A DNA stretch of 24,580 nucleotides from a virus (lineage: Duplodnaviria; Caudoviricetes), in the IMG/VR virus record IMGVR_UViG_3300034410_000508, positions 1 through 24,580 of that record; one strand, given 5' to 3'. Position numbers and translations under genes: made by a program. The notes under the pieces were generated by a model. That model was not told where the DNA came from. It made no database searches and saw only the letters and a list, made by a program, of their open reading frames with translations. Below are positions 14,727-23,176 of the stretch, piece after piece (the first letter of the stretch is position 1; the number at the start of each line of letters is the position of its first letter).

Positions 14727-14899
14727 TATCCGAGTAACATTCCCTTACGGACTTGGTTTTGAAAAAGTTCAGTAGTCTGTCCGTCAAAGTCTTCTAAAAG
14801 TAAAACTGATCCTTTTACCTCTACAACTCTTAACTTCTTTCCCTGATGTAAACCTTCCTTTACAATAACAGTCTCTCCTGATTTAAATTGTGGCATCAT
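14726..14899 (-). CDS. 57-aa stand-alone KOW/SH3-like protein
   Basis: MMPQFKSGETVIVKEGLHQGKKLRVVEVKGSVLLLEDFDGQTTELFQNQVRKGMLLG; F..GE.V.V.EG...G....V.EV is a KOW pattern. Confidence 0.65.
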   Translation of the reverse strand: MMPQFKSGETVIVKEGLHQGKKLRVVEVKGSVLLLEDFDGQTTELFQNQVRKGMLLG

Positions 14900-15089
14900 T
14901 TATCTTATTTTCTGTTTCCTTCAAGGATGCTTTGAAACCGTCTGGGAATATTTGCCAGCAGGTTGGACTTCCTTGAGTTCTGAATATTTTAAGAAGGATG
15001 GTGTTTGTTTTTTGTCTGTTTTTATAATCTTGGTAAGACTCATCCTCTCCTCTTTTTCCGTTGAGATTTATTCCTTCAAATAGTGACAT
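14883..15089 (-). CDS. 68-aa hypothetical protein
   Basis: In the ORF track; TAATG-coupled; KR.EDESYQDYKNR motif. Confidence 0.65.
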   Translation of the reverse strand: MSLFEGINLNGKRGEDESYQDYKNRQKTNTILLKIFRTQGSPTCWQIFPDGFKASLKETENKINDATI

Positions 15090-15259
15090 TACTTACTTCT
15101 TTTACGGAAACCTCCCACATTTACTTTATGAGATCTATCCTTAGTGTTATTCTTCACCTCTCTCTTAGTGGTCTTCTTTACTCTACCTGTCTGAATATTG
15201 AACCATTCCAACCATTCACTGTAGGCTTCATATCTTTGTTTTGCTGATATTCTACTCAT
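15089..15259 (-). CDS. 56-aa basic hypothetical protein
   Basis: MSRISAKQRYEAYSEWLEWFNIQTGRVKKTTKREVKNNTKDRSHKVNVGGFRKRSK; starts 1 nt after the groEL stop. Confidence 0.6.
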   Translation of the reverse strand: MSRISAKQRYEAYSEWLEWFNIQTGRVKKTTKREVKNNTKDRSHKVNVGGFRKRSK

Positions 15260-15260
15260 A

Positions 15261-16889
15261 TTACATAAATTGTGAAAGATCTACTCCTTCATTACTATCT
15301 TCTTTCTTGATGTTAGAAACTACTGCTTCAGTTACCATGACTGTTCCTGCAACTGATACTGCATTCTCTAATGCTAATCTCGTTACCTTAGCAGGATCAA
15401 TAATACCTTCCTCTAACATATTTACAATACTTGATTGAGATAAATCATATCCCATCCAGAAGCTATCCTCATCATCAATCATATTCATTACCTGAATAAG
15501 TCCGTGAGCATTATAACCTGCATTCTTTAGAATAGTCTGTAGAGGTTCTAAAATACTATTTGCTAGGATACGTCTTCCTTTTCCAAAATCAGTTTCTGAT
15601 TCATCTTCAGATAAAGATTGTGCTGCTCTGTAGAGTGCAGTTCCGCCTCCTGGTAGAATACCTTCCTCTAATGCTGCTTTGGTAGCATGTAAAGCATCTT
15701 CAATACGATCCTTCTTCTCTTTCATCTCTACTTCAGAATGACCTCCAACATGCACTACTGCAATTCCTCCTATCAATCGTCCTAATCTGTCCTGTAAAGT
15801 TTCAATCTCGAAAGGTGATTTACTATTATCAACCAAAGACTTGATCTCTTCTAATCTCTCTTCAAGTTTCTCAGTCTCTCCTTTTCCGTCTACAATAGTA
15901 GTTTCTTCTTTACCAATAACTACCTTACGAGCAGATCCTAACCAATCAGAGTTGAACTTATCTAATCGCATACCTTTCTCAGGACTCACTACTGTACCTC
16001 CTGTCAGGATAGCAATATCTTCCATCATAGCTTTCTTACGATCTCCAAACTCAGGAGCTTTTACTGCTACTACCTGAAGAATACCTCTCATCTTATTTAC
16101 TACTAAAGTAGATAATGCTTCTCCATCAATATCATCTGAGATAATCAACAGAGACTTATTCTTTGAAGAACATGCTTCAAGGATAGGTAAAAGATCTTTC
16201 GCTGCAGTAATCCTTTTATCTACTATCAATACTAAGGGTTTATTCAGTACTGCAGTCATTGTATTGTTGTCTGTAACAAAGTAAGGAGATTTGTAACCTC
16301 TATTGAACTGCATACCTTCTACAACTTCTAAATAAGTCTCTCCAGTTCTTGACTCTTCAATAGTAACAACTCCATCTCTACCTACTTTATCCATAGCCGC
16401 TGAGATCAACTTACCTACTTCATCATCATTATTTGCTGAGATTGTAGCTACTTGTTTCAACTGCTCTTCATCAGTAATCTCTACTGATTCTTCATCTAAG
16501 AAAGCTACTACCTGTTGTGCTGCTGATTCTATTCCTTTCTTTACCTGTACTGCATTACACTCTTTATCAGAGATTGCAGACATTCCTCTTTTTAGTAAAG
16601 CAGAAGCTAATAAGGTAGAAGTAGTAGTTCCATCTCCTGCTTGATCTGCAGTCTTGATAGATGCTTGCTTTACTAACTGTGCTCCTATGTTCTCCATAAC
16701 ATCTTCAAGATCTATTGCCTTAGCAACAGTTACACCGTCCTTAGTAGAGACAGGCATACCTTGAGATTGTTCGATAATAACATTTCGTCCGTTAGGACCC
16801 ATAGTCGCAGTTACAGCGTTTGCTAGCTTCTCTACTCCGGCTAGTAACTGCTCTCTTGCTTCTTCTGAAAACTTTATTTGGTTGCTCAT
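15261..16889 (-). CDS. groEL: Chaperonin GroEL (phage-type)
   Basis: TMGPNGRNV, TKDGVTVAK, AGDGTTT, VEGMQFNRGYKSPYF, AVKAPEFGDR, GIIDPAKV. No GGM tail. Confidence 0.97.
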   Translation of the reverse strand: MSNQIKFSEEAREQLLAGVEKLANAVTATMGPNGRNVIIEQSQGMPVSTKDGVTVAKAIDLEDVMENIGAQLVKQASIKTADQAGDGTTTSTLLASALLKRGMSAISDKECNAVQVKKGIESAAQQVVAFLDEESVEITDEEQLKQVATISANNDDEVGKLISAAMDKVGRDGVVTIEESRTGETYLEVVEGMQFNRGYKSPYFVTDNNTMTAVLNKPLVLIVDKRITAAKDLLPILEACSSKNKSLLIISDDIDGEALSTLVVNKMRGILQVVAVKAPEFGDRKKAMMEDIAILTGGTVVSPEKGMRLDKFNSDWLGSARKVVIGKEETTIVDGKGETEKLEERLEEIKSLVDNSKSPFEIETLQDRLGRLIGGIAVVHVGGHSEVEMKEKKDRIEDALHATKAALEEGILPGGGTALYRAAQSLSEDESETDFGKGRRILANSILEPLQTILKNAGYNAHGLIQVMNMIDDEDSFWMGYDLSQSSIVNMLEEGIIDPAKVTRLALENAVSVAGTVMVTEAVVSNIKKEDSNEGVDLSQFM

Positions 16890-16890
16890 A

Positions 16891-17217
16891 TTAAATTAAT
16901 TCGTGATCGTCTTCTGGTTTATAAGTCTCTTTTACTACACATAGAATCTCTCTGAAAGGAGTAATAAAATACTCATCACCTTCCCACTCCATTCTAATAC
17001 TACCGATCTTTGGTACCATTACAACATCTCCTACGTTTACTCCAGTAGTAATAAACTTTCCATATTCAGACATACGTCCTGGACCTACAGCAATAACCTC
17101 TCCCATCTCTGGACGTTCTTTACCCATGTCCGCAACGATAATACTCCCGTACATCTGTTCTCCTTCATCAATAGGTTTTATCAAAACCCTGTCGTTCAAA
17201 GGTACTAACTGTTTCAT
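16891..17217 (-). CDS. groES: Co-chaperonin GroES
   Basis: PLNDRVLIK, GEVIAVGPG, VGDVV; directly upstream of groEL. Confidence 0.95.
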   Translation of the reverse strand: MKQLVPLNDRVLIKPIDEGEQMYGSIIVADMGKERPEMGEVIAVGPGRMSEYGKFITTGVNVGDVVMVPKIGSIRMEWEGDEYFITPFREILCVVKETYKPEDDHELI

Positions 17218-17495
17218 ATACTAAATTTATTTGTGATCTCTTTTGAAATATCAGAATAACTATCCAAGTACTCCTGAATAGATAAATCTTGTTGAGAGTT
17301 CTTTTCTACTAATCTCAATTTAGATACTTTACTCAATACTGCAGATAAATGAGAGAAGTATCCTAATGGGATAGTATTTCCTTCTTTCATCAAAGTGTAC
17401 TGAGTGTCATCTTGAGTAACATAATACTCTCCTAAGACAGAGTCACGTAGAGTGACCATTGACTTCTTAAAACCTTTTGCTTTTCCTTTTGGCAT
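17214..17495 (-). CDS. Hypothetical protein
   Basis: 93 aa, ATGA-coupled to groES; YYVTQDDTQYTL and GYFSHLSAVL. Confidence 0.75.
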   Translation of the reverse strand: MPKGKAKGFKKSMVTLRDSVLGEYYVTQDDTQYTLMKEGNTIPLGYFSHLSAVLSKVSKLRLVEKNSQQDLSIQEYLDSYSDISKEITNKFSI

Positions 17496-17530
17496 AACTT
17501 ATTTACTTAATCTTATTTTTGAAACTTATA

Positions 17531-18088
17531 TTAAAAAAACTTGTAGGATGTTTTGCCTTTCTTTTCTACAACCCAATCAACAAATTTCATTACTTCGTCT
17601 TTTAGGAATAATGAAAATGGTTGAGGATATCCTGGGACTTTCTTATTACCTACAGCATGCATAAGGGTGATTTTTGTTTCTTTTCGAAACTCACTTACTA
17701 GTGGACCGAAAGATGTCCTAGCATAATGAAACCCAACTGTATCTCTTACTAGATCTAGGATTTGGTCCTTATCCATAACATCAGTAGGTGTCAACTTGCT
17801 GTTTTTATTATTATCTACTAAGGACATAGCCTTAGAGTAGTGATCAGATCTTTCTTGAGTATTAGTCTTAAAGTAGTTCTGCCAACTTTCTGAAAGGTCT
17901 CTGAAGATTATTCCTTTCATCTTACCAAAAGGAACTGTCCAGGAACCATTGCTCATTTCATATAAATCATTCCTCAACCCTCGCATACAGCCTGCTACAT
18001 AGGTGTTCCCTTCAGTACTTTCAACTACTTTATAGAGGTTTTGACCTTTCCAAGGTCCGTACGGCATTTCATAATAATTCTTACTCAT
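17531..18088 (-). CDS. Hypothetical protein
   Basis: 185 aa behind its own promoter; repeated MPYGPWKG / VPFGKMKG motif. Confidence 0.75.
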   Translation of the reverse strand: MSKNYYEMPYGPWKGQNLYKVVESTEGNTYVAGCMRGLRNDLYEMSNGSWTVPFGKMKGIIFRDLSESWQNYFKTNTQERSDHYSKAMSLVDNNKNSKLTPTDVMDKDQILDLVRDTVGFHYARTSFGPLVSEFRKETKITLMHAVGNKKVPGYPQPFSLFLKDEVMKFVDWVVEKKGKTSYKFF

Positions 18089-18112
18089 AACTTTTATCTG
18101 TATTGATATTAT

Positions 18113-18144
18113 TTAATATAAGAAAAAAAGAGACAGGGACCAAC
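18113..18144 (-). promoter_or_regulatory. Bacteroidota-type early/middle promoter
   Basis: GTTG-GTCCCTGTCTCTTTTTTTCT(20)-TATATTAA. Confidence 0.65.
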
Positions 18145-18151
18145 TTATAAC

Positions 18152-18565
18152 CTATTTAATTTTCAAAACTTTTGGTTTAGCTTCATCAGCAAATGGTACT
18201 GATACTCTCAATAAACCGTTTTTCATTTCTGCATTAGCATTTCCTAAGTCAAACTTAGGAGCTATCTTGTAACCTAAATTAAAAGAACGCTTTGCTACAC
18301 CTCTGTGAATGTAGTTGTTCTCTTTTTCTTCTTCCTTACTCTTAGTGTAAGAAACTCTCAAAACATCAGCTTCAATATTGATCTCTACCTGATCTTTTGT
18401 AAGTCCGGTACATGCAATCTCAAAATGCAGTCCTTCCTTGTTCTCAAAAATGTCTACTGGGTGTTGAATCTTTGCATCCATGAGTGGTGCAAAGTGATGT
18501 TCGCTGTTGAAAAAGTTGCGAACTAAAATGTCGAACGGATCGACTCCTCGTTGAATAAATGTCAT
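18152..18565 (-). CDS. Small heat-shock protein Hsp20 (alpha-crystallin domain)
   Basis: PVDIFE, YIHRGVAKRSF, AEMKNGLLRV, and C-terminal KPKVLKIK (IxI-type motif). Confidence 0.93.
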   Translation of the reverse strand: MTFIQRGVDPFDILVRNFFNSEHHFAPLMDAKIQHPVDIFENKEGLHFEIACTGLTKDQVEINIEADVLRVSYTKSKEEEKENNYIHRGVAKRSFNLGYKIAPKFDLGNANAEMKNGLLRVSVPFADEAKPKVLKIK

Positions 18566-18646
18566 AATCCTTAGATTTATGTTAGTAAAATAATAACCCG
18601 ACTCCCTCTTGGTAAGTCTTTTTTAAGAGGTCCCTGCTCTCTTCAT

Positions 18647-18655
18647 AATAAATAG
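18647..18655 (-). promoter_or_regulatory. Putative late promoter CTATTTATT upstream of hsp20
   Basis: Recurrent motif followed by a structured leader of about 80 nt. Confidence 0.55.
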
Positions 18656-18658
18656 CTC

Positions 18659-19273
18659 CTAATAATATTTCCAACTTTGTCCATTGTGATGATTGCAGTA
18701 ATATCCGTTTACTTGTATTTGGTTTTCGTAAAGATATTCTCTGGATATGTCACTCTTGTGTAACCATTGAGATAGTGAAACTGGTCCGAAAGGTTCATAC
18801 TTTTTACTCTCATCTATATCATTTCTTTTGCTAATATACTCAATCAAGTTCCACATCAATCCTTTCTCAGCATAAATCAACATATCATCATTTGCTTTAT
18901 CTGTGATAGGAAGCATTGGCAAGCTTCTAACTGGTACAAACATCTGAGGAAACTTCTCTGAGCCTTTGAGGATGTCTGTGTATATTTGATCAATGTTTAG
19001 TTTCCACTCTATATCCATATCAACAAACCAACCTCCTTCTTCTGCTAACACATGATACTTCACAAAGTTATATCTATTGATAAAAGATGTATATCTATTG
19101 AACAAATCCTTATAAGGAGATCTTTCTATAACTCTATCTACATCCTTTTGTAACCATAACTTAACCTCCCAATAAGGATGTTTTTCTGTAAAGCTATTAA
19201 AACATCTCTGATATAGAGGTGGTATTTTTGTACCTCCTATCCAGATAAAATGTGCTAGACTCTTAGTATTCAT
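18659..19273 (-). CDS. GT32/OCH1-like DxD glycosyltransferase
   Basis: HFIWIGG.KIP, WEVKLW, KYHVLAEEGGWFVDMDIE, GPVSL. Confidence 0.85.
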   Translation of the reverse strand: MNTKSLAHFIWIGGTKIPPLYQRCFNSFTEKHPYWEVKLWLQKDVDRVIERSPYKDLFNRYTSFINRYNFVKYHVLAEEGGWFVDMDIEWKLNIDQIYTDILKGSEKFPQMFVPVRSLPMLPITDKANDDMLIYAEKGLMWNLIEYISKRNDIDESKKYEPFGPVSLSQWLHKSDISREYLYENQIQVNGYYCNHHNGQSWKYY

Positions 19274-20303
19274 TTTTCCTTATACTAAATAGTACCTTAC
19301 TCAAAAGTTTATTGACAAAAGTCCTATTCATTATCCTCTGTTTTGCATCAATGTAAAATCCTAAGAACATACTATGATACTTCTCTCTATTAGTATTCAG
19401 AATCCTATTGTAAGTTTCTACTACCTCTTTCTGTTCTTCTTCAGTCAAAGTAAAAGGTAAAGAGATCTGATAAGTAGTGAAGGAAGAAGGACTACAATAG
19501 ATAGGTTCTCCTGTATTGTAATACAATCCTAATCCATGTTTACCTTTATCTAATAAGGATACCACTATGTTAGTGTTAGGTATATTATCTCCTATCTCTA
19601 CCTTCTTTATATCTACTAATTCTGTATCTGATATCTCTCTAAAAAAGTCCTCTCCATGTCTGTATCCGTTCTCTGGTAATAACTTCATCTCAAAACTAAT
19701 ACCTGAAGGTCTCTGTAATATTGGAAACTCTTGGTAAGGTTTCTTCCCTCTCTTCAAATGTAAAGTACAAATACTGATCTCTACTCCATCAAAGATACTC
19801 TCAGTCCAGTACTCTCCACTCTGAATGTAATAGTCTTTGAATAAAGCTTCTCTTGCTTTAGTTCTTGACTCACATAGAAAGTTACCAGGAATGATAACTA
19901 TTACTTCTTCTGCTTTAGTCTCTACAATACTTGCTAAATAACACTTGTAATAATCATTTTGATTGTACCTGTCATAAGGAGTTCTATCCCCTTTCTTATT
20001 CCTGTTCTTAGAAAGATAGGGAGGGTTAGTAACCACTACCTCACCTTCTCCTACTTCTACTGGAGATTGAAAGTAATTATTATACTCAGTTCTATTATCT
20101 AAAAGTTCAATATCATATCCTCTGGAGGATAATGCTCCTTCTCTTTCTGCCCAGTCTAATAAATGCCACTGTCCTGCAAAAGGATCTTGTACCTTCTTTC
20201 CTTGAACTACATAGTTATAGTTCTCTAAAATAACATCTGCATTCTCAGTATTATACTGACCTAATAAATCCTGATGTGTTTGCTGTAAAGTATGTTTAGC
20301 CAT
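19263..20303 (-). CDS. Amino (likely N6-adenine) DNA methyltransferase
   Basis: Motif I DPFAG, GYDIE, motif IV VTNPPY, IIPGNFL; motif order is of the gamma class. Confidence 0.82.
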   Translation of the reverse strand: MAKHTLQQTHQDLLGQYNTENADVILENYNYVVQGKKVQDPFAGQWHLLDWAEREGALSSRGYDIELLDNRTEYNNYFQSPVEVGEGEVVVTNPPYLSKNRNKKGDRTPYDRYNQNDYYKCYLASIVETKAEEVIVIIPGNFLCESRTKAREALFKDYYIQSGEYWTESIFDGVEISICTLHLKRGKKPYQEFPILQRPSGISFEMKLLPENGYRHGEDFFREISDTELVDIKKVEIGDNIPNTNIVVSLLDKGKHGLGLYYNTGEPIYCSPSSFTTYQISLPFTLTEEEQKEVVETYNRILNTNREKYHSMFLGFYIDAKQRIMNRTFVNKLLSKVLFSIRKNEY

Positions 20304-22636
20304 TAATGTCCTTCTTTCCAGTTATCAGATATCTCAGGTGGTGCTTTCAAAGTAACTCCTTCTAACTTAGTAGTGTTCTCCATAATCTCTTGAACAACTG
20401 GTGCTACTCTTTCTGCTTCATGCTCTGGTACATTGATTAGCAACTGATCATGCACCTGTGCTTGAACTCTACCATCTACTCCCATCTCCTCCAGCTTTCT
20501 GTTGATCTGTACTGCTGCTCGATTCACAACAGCTGCTGCGAGACTCTGCAACTGATAATTTAAACAATTATTGAGTCCGTTTCGATAATCTCTGTAGACT
20601 TGCATTACGTTATCTTTTCCAAACTGATCTGATAACTGCTTTCGGAATCTCCAGTCCATAATCTGATCTCCAAACTTCTCATAAATAACCTTCACCTTCG
20701 GTAAGTGACGAACTCTACCTACCTTGTTTACTATGTATCCATGTTTTTTGACTTGCTCTCTCGAGTCTATTCTCCACTGCTTTAGTTGAGGGAATCCATT
20801 TAGATAACCATCTACTAACTCTTGTGCTTTTTTCTGATCTACATCTAACACTCTACTTAGTGCATAAGATTCCATACCATATGCAATACCTAATGAATAT
20901 GCTTTTGCAGTATTTCTCTTTACAGGATCTAATGCTTTCAAGTAGATAGGAGATTTCTTATCTGGAGATACTCCATTTGGATACTTTACTTTATCTTCTT
21001 CTAACTTTTCAGTCTTGATAGCAACAGTAGAGTAGAAATCCCAACCGTTATTGAAAATATCCTGAAGTCCTTTGTCTCCTGATACAGAAGCAAAACAGTG
21101 AGGTTCTAGAGATTCATAATCCGCATCAATTACCTTCCTTCCTTCTCCTGCGATAAGAAATGACCTAACAAGATTGTTGTAGTGGACGATGATTGGTACA
21201 TCTTCACCCTCTTCCTTAGGCTTAGGGAGCTGTTGAGCATCAGAACCGTACCTGCCTGACACAGTACCATTCTGTTTGTAATAGAAATAGTATCTTCCAT
21301 CTTCATGTCCTTCGTGAAATCTATCTACATAAGCAGATTTGATCTTTACCAACTTATTATAAATACGTAGGTTTTCAGCCCAAGGGTGATCCTTTGCTAA
21401 ATGACCTAATAAATCCATATCAAACTGATCTTGACCCTTTCTGGTCTGAGTCATTGGTTTGATACCTAAGTAATCAAATGCAATAGCTCCTAAGTGTTTC
21501 TTAGATTGAATATTGATATACTCATTATCATTCTTCTCTTTCCATAAAGACATGGAAACTCTAACTACATCCTTCTCATCTAAACAGGTTAGATCATTAG
21601 TCTGTAAAAACTCCTTTAGAGGAGAGTCTTCCATTGCTTCAATATTCTTTACAGTAAAAGAATACTTATTACCTTTTCCAGTTCTTGCAAGATCTGCAGA
21701 CTTCAACTCACATAATCTCTGAGCGTAACTACCTTTGTTCTTAGGAGGAAACTCTTTCAAGGAATGATCAATAACCCATCTTCTACCTCCATCAAGAGCT
21801 AGAAGAGAATCCATTACTATCTTCTTATTCTTATCTAAATCCTTGATGATAGCTTCTCTGGTTTCTGCAATAAGTTCTACATTTAGATCTACACCGTACT
21901 CTTCCATAGGGATAGTTACTTCCCTGTAAAGAGGCATTACCTCTTCTTCAAAAAAGAACTTCTCTAATCCTTCTTCTTTTAGTCTCTCTAGAAAATAATA
22001 ACAAACCCTTAAAGTTAAATCCGTATCTGCTGCTGCATACTTGGATAAAATATCCATATCTGCTTTGTAGATCTCATAATTAGCTCTAGTGACTTGACCT
22101 CCATTGTTAGTGATGGATTCTTTTAGTTCTACTTGTTCCTTATTAGCTGCATCTGCTACATCTAATCCAATATGTTCCTGGATAGAGATAGCTAAAGGTT
22201 TCAAACCAAATACTCCCATTCCAGTTCCTTCTTCTTGAACAGTGTGAACTAGTAGCTGATTCTCTACCCATAAACTTGGTAGTAAGTTTACTCCGTAAAA
22301 GTTTTTAGTAAATCGACAGTCAAAGGATGCATTGTGCATCACTAACTTCTTTCCTATCAACATAGAGATTATCTTCTTAGCAATAGAGTGACATCCTATT
22401 CCTTCTATCTCAAGTTCATCTAAAGATTCAGTTTCTGTGTTCCATTTCATAGTAGGTAAATAGAATCCTATTCCTACATCTCCAGATACTGAGAATCCTA
22501 TTATCTTACCCTTTCTCATATTCAGACTGTTTGTCTCTGTATCATACGCAAGAACGTCTGATTCATTGATATGCTGAATAAGGAGGTTTACAGATTCCTT
22601 ATCTGTAACTGTGTAATACTTTTTTTCTATTGCCAT
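20303..22636 (-). CDS. polA: Family A DNA polymerase with 3'-5' exonuclease and no 5' nuclease domain
   Basis: Exo I YDTET, Exo II HNASFD, Exo III YAAAD; GTVSGR; motif A DADYESLE, motif B RNTAKAYSLGIAYG, motif C QVHD. Confidence 0.96.
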   Translation of the reverse strand: MAIEKKYYTVTDKESVNLLIQHINESDVLAYDTETNSLNMRKGKIIGFSVSGDVGIGFYLPTMKWNTETESLDELEIEGIGCHSIAKKIISMLIGKKLVMHNASFDCRFTKNFYGVNLLPSLWVENQLLVHTVQEEGTGMGVFGLKPLAISIQEHIGLDVADAANKEQVELKESITNNGGQVTRANYEIYKADMDILSKYAAADTDLTLRVCYYFLERLKEEGLEKFFFEEEVMPLYREVTIPMEEYGVDLNVELIAETREAIIKDLDKNKKIVMDSLLALDGGRRWVIDHSLKEFPPKNKGSYAQRLCELKSADLARTGKGNKYSFTVKNIEAMEDSPLKEFLQTNDLTCLDEKDVVRVSMSLWKEKNDNEYINIQSKKHLGAIAFDYLGIKPMTQTRKGQDQFDMDLLGHLAKDHPWAENLRIYNKLVKIKSAYVDRFHEGHEDGRYYFYYKQNGTVSGRYGSDAQQLPKPKEEGEDVPIIVHYNNLVRSFLIAGEGRKVIDADYESLEPHCFASVSGDKGLQDIFNNGWDFYSTVAIKTEKLEEDKVKYPNGVSPDKKSPIYLKALDPVKRNTAKAYSLGIAYGMESYALSRVLDVDQKKAQELVDGYLNGFPQLKQWRIDSREQVKKHGYIVNKVGRVRHLPKVKVIYEKFGDQIMDWRFRKQLSDQFGKDNVMQVYRDYRNGLNNCLNYQLQSLAAAVVNRAAVQINRKLEEMGVDGRVQAQVHDQLLINVPEHEAERVAPVVQEIMENTTKLEGVTLKAPPEISDNWKEGH

Positions 22637-22640
22637 AGAC

Positions 22641-22671
22641 TTAATATAGTAAAATTATTTTAGAGTACAAA
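22641..22671 (-). promoter_or_regulatory. Bacteroidota-type promoter, near-leaderless for polA
   Basis: TTTG-N19-TATATTAA ending 4 nt before ATG 22636. Confidence 0.5.
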
Positions 22672-23158
22672 CTAAATAATTATCCATCATTGTTTGCCAG
22701 TTGTCGTTTGTTGGACGGATTGCGTACTTGTTACGGCTACCCATTGTCATCCAGTTTATTAACTTTCGTTTGCGGCGCTCTATCAACTTAAATTCGCTGT
22801 TATTAACAATCACTTCCCGGGGAATATTAAACACTTCTCCTGTATTACATACAACTAATAAGAAATCAAAATTTAGATCTGAATGTAGTTTGATTAAATT
22901 TCGTTCTGATGACTTCAGTACGTGCATCTTTGGAGTAACAAACTTTACTGAGTACCTTCCGAACATCCCTATACCGTCAATATTATCTTCTCGAGGTGGA
23001 GCAGGTATGTACATACGGTCTCTAATGACTTCTCTAATGATCTTTAGTGCGACTGCTTCACCTAACAGACCGCTTACTTGATCTGGGTCTAGTTCTAATT
23101 CTGATGCTAAATCTTTACATTCTTTTACCTTACTAATTAGGATGTCTAACTTATTCAT
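22655..23158 (-). CDS. Putative PD-(D/E)XK-fold endonuclease-like protein
   Basis: SGLLGEAVA...NIDG...YSVK...FDFLLVV pattern, own promoter, and visibly more CG dinucleotides than neighbouring genes. Confidence 0.5.
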   Translation of the reverse strand: MNKLDILISKVKECKDLASELELDPDQVSGLLGEAVALKIIREVIRDRMYIPAPPREDNIDGIGMFGRYSVKFVTPKMHVLKSSERNLIKLHSDLNFDFLLVVCNTGEVFNIPREVIVNNSEFKLIERRKRKLINWMTMGSRNKYAIRPTNDNWQTMMDNYLVCTLK

Positions 23159-23176
23159 AACCGTTTTATCTATACC

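Noticed and set aside
1055-23081. All plus-strand ORFs in the track (for example 1055-1255, 2732-3028, 13495-13842, 13964-14278, 22701-23081)
   Set aside because: They are antisense shadows of well-supported minus-strand genes or RNAs. They are Ser/Leu/Ile-rich, often start at TTG/CTG, and have no motifs or promoters.
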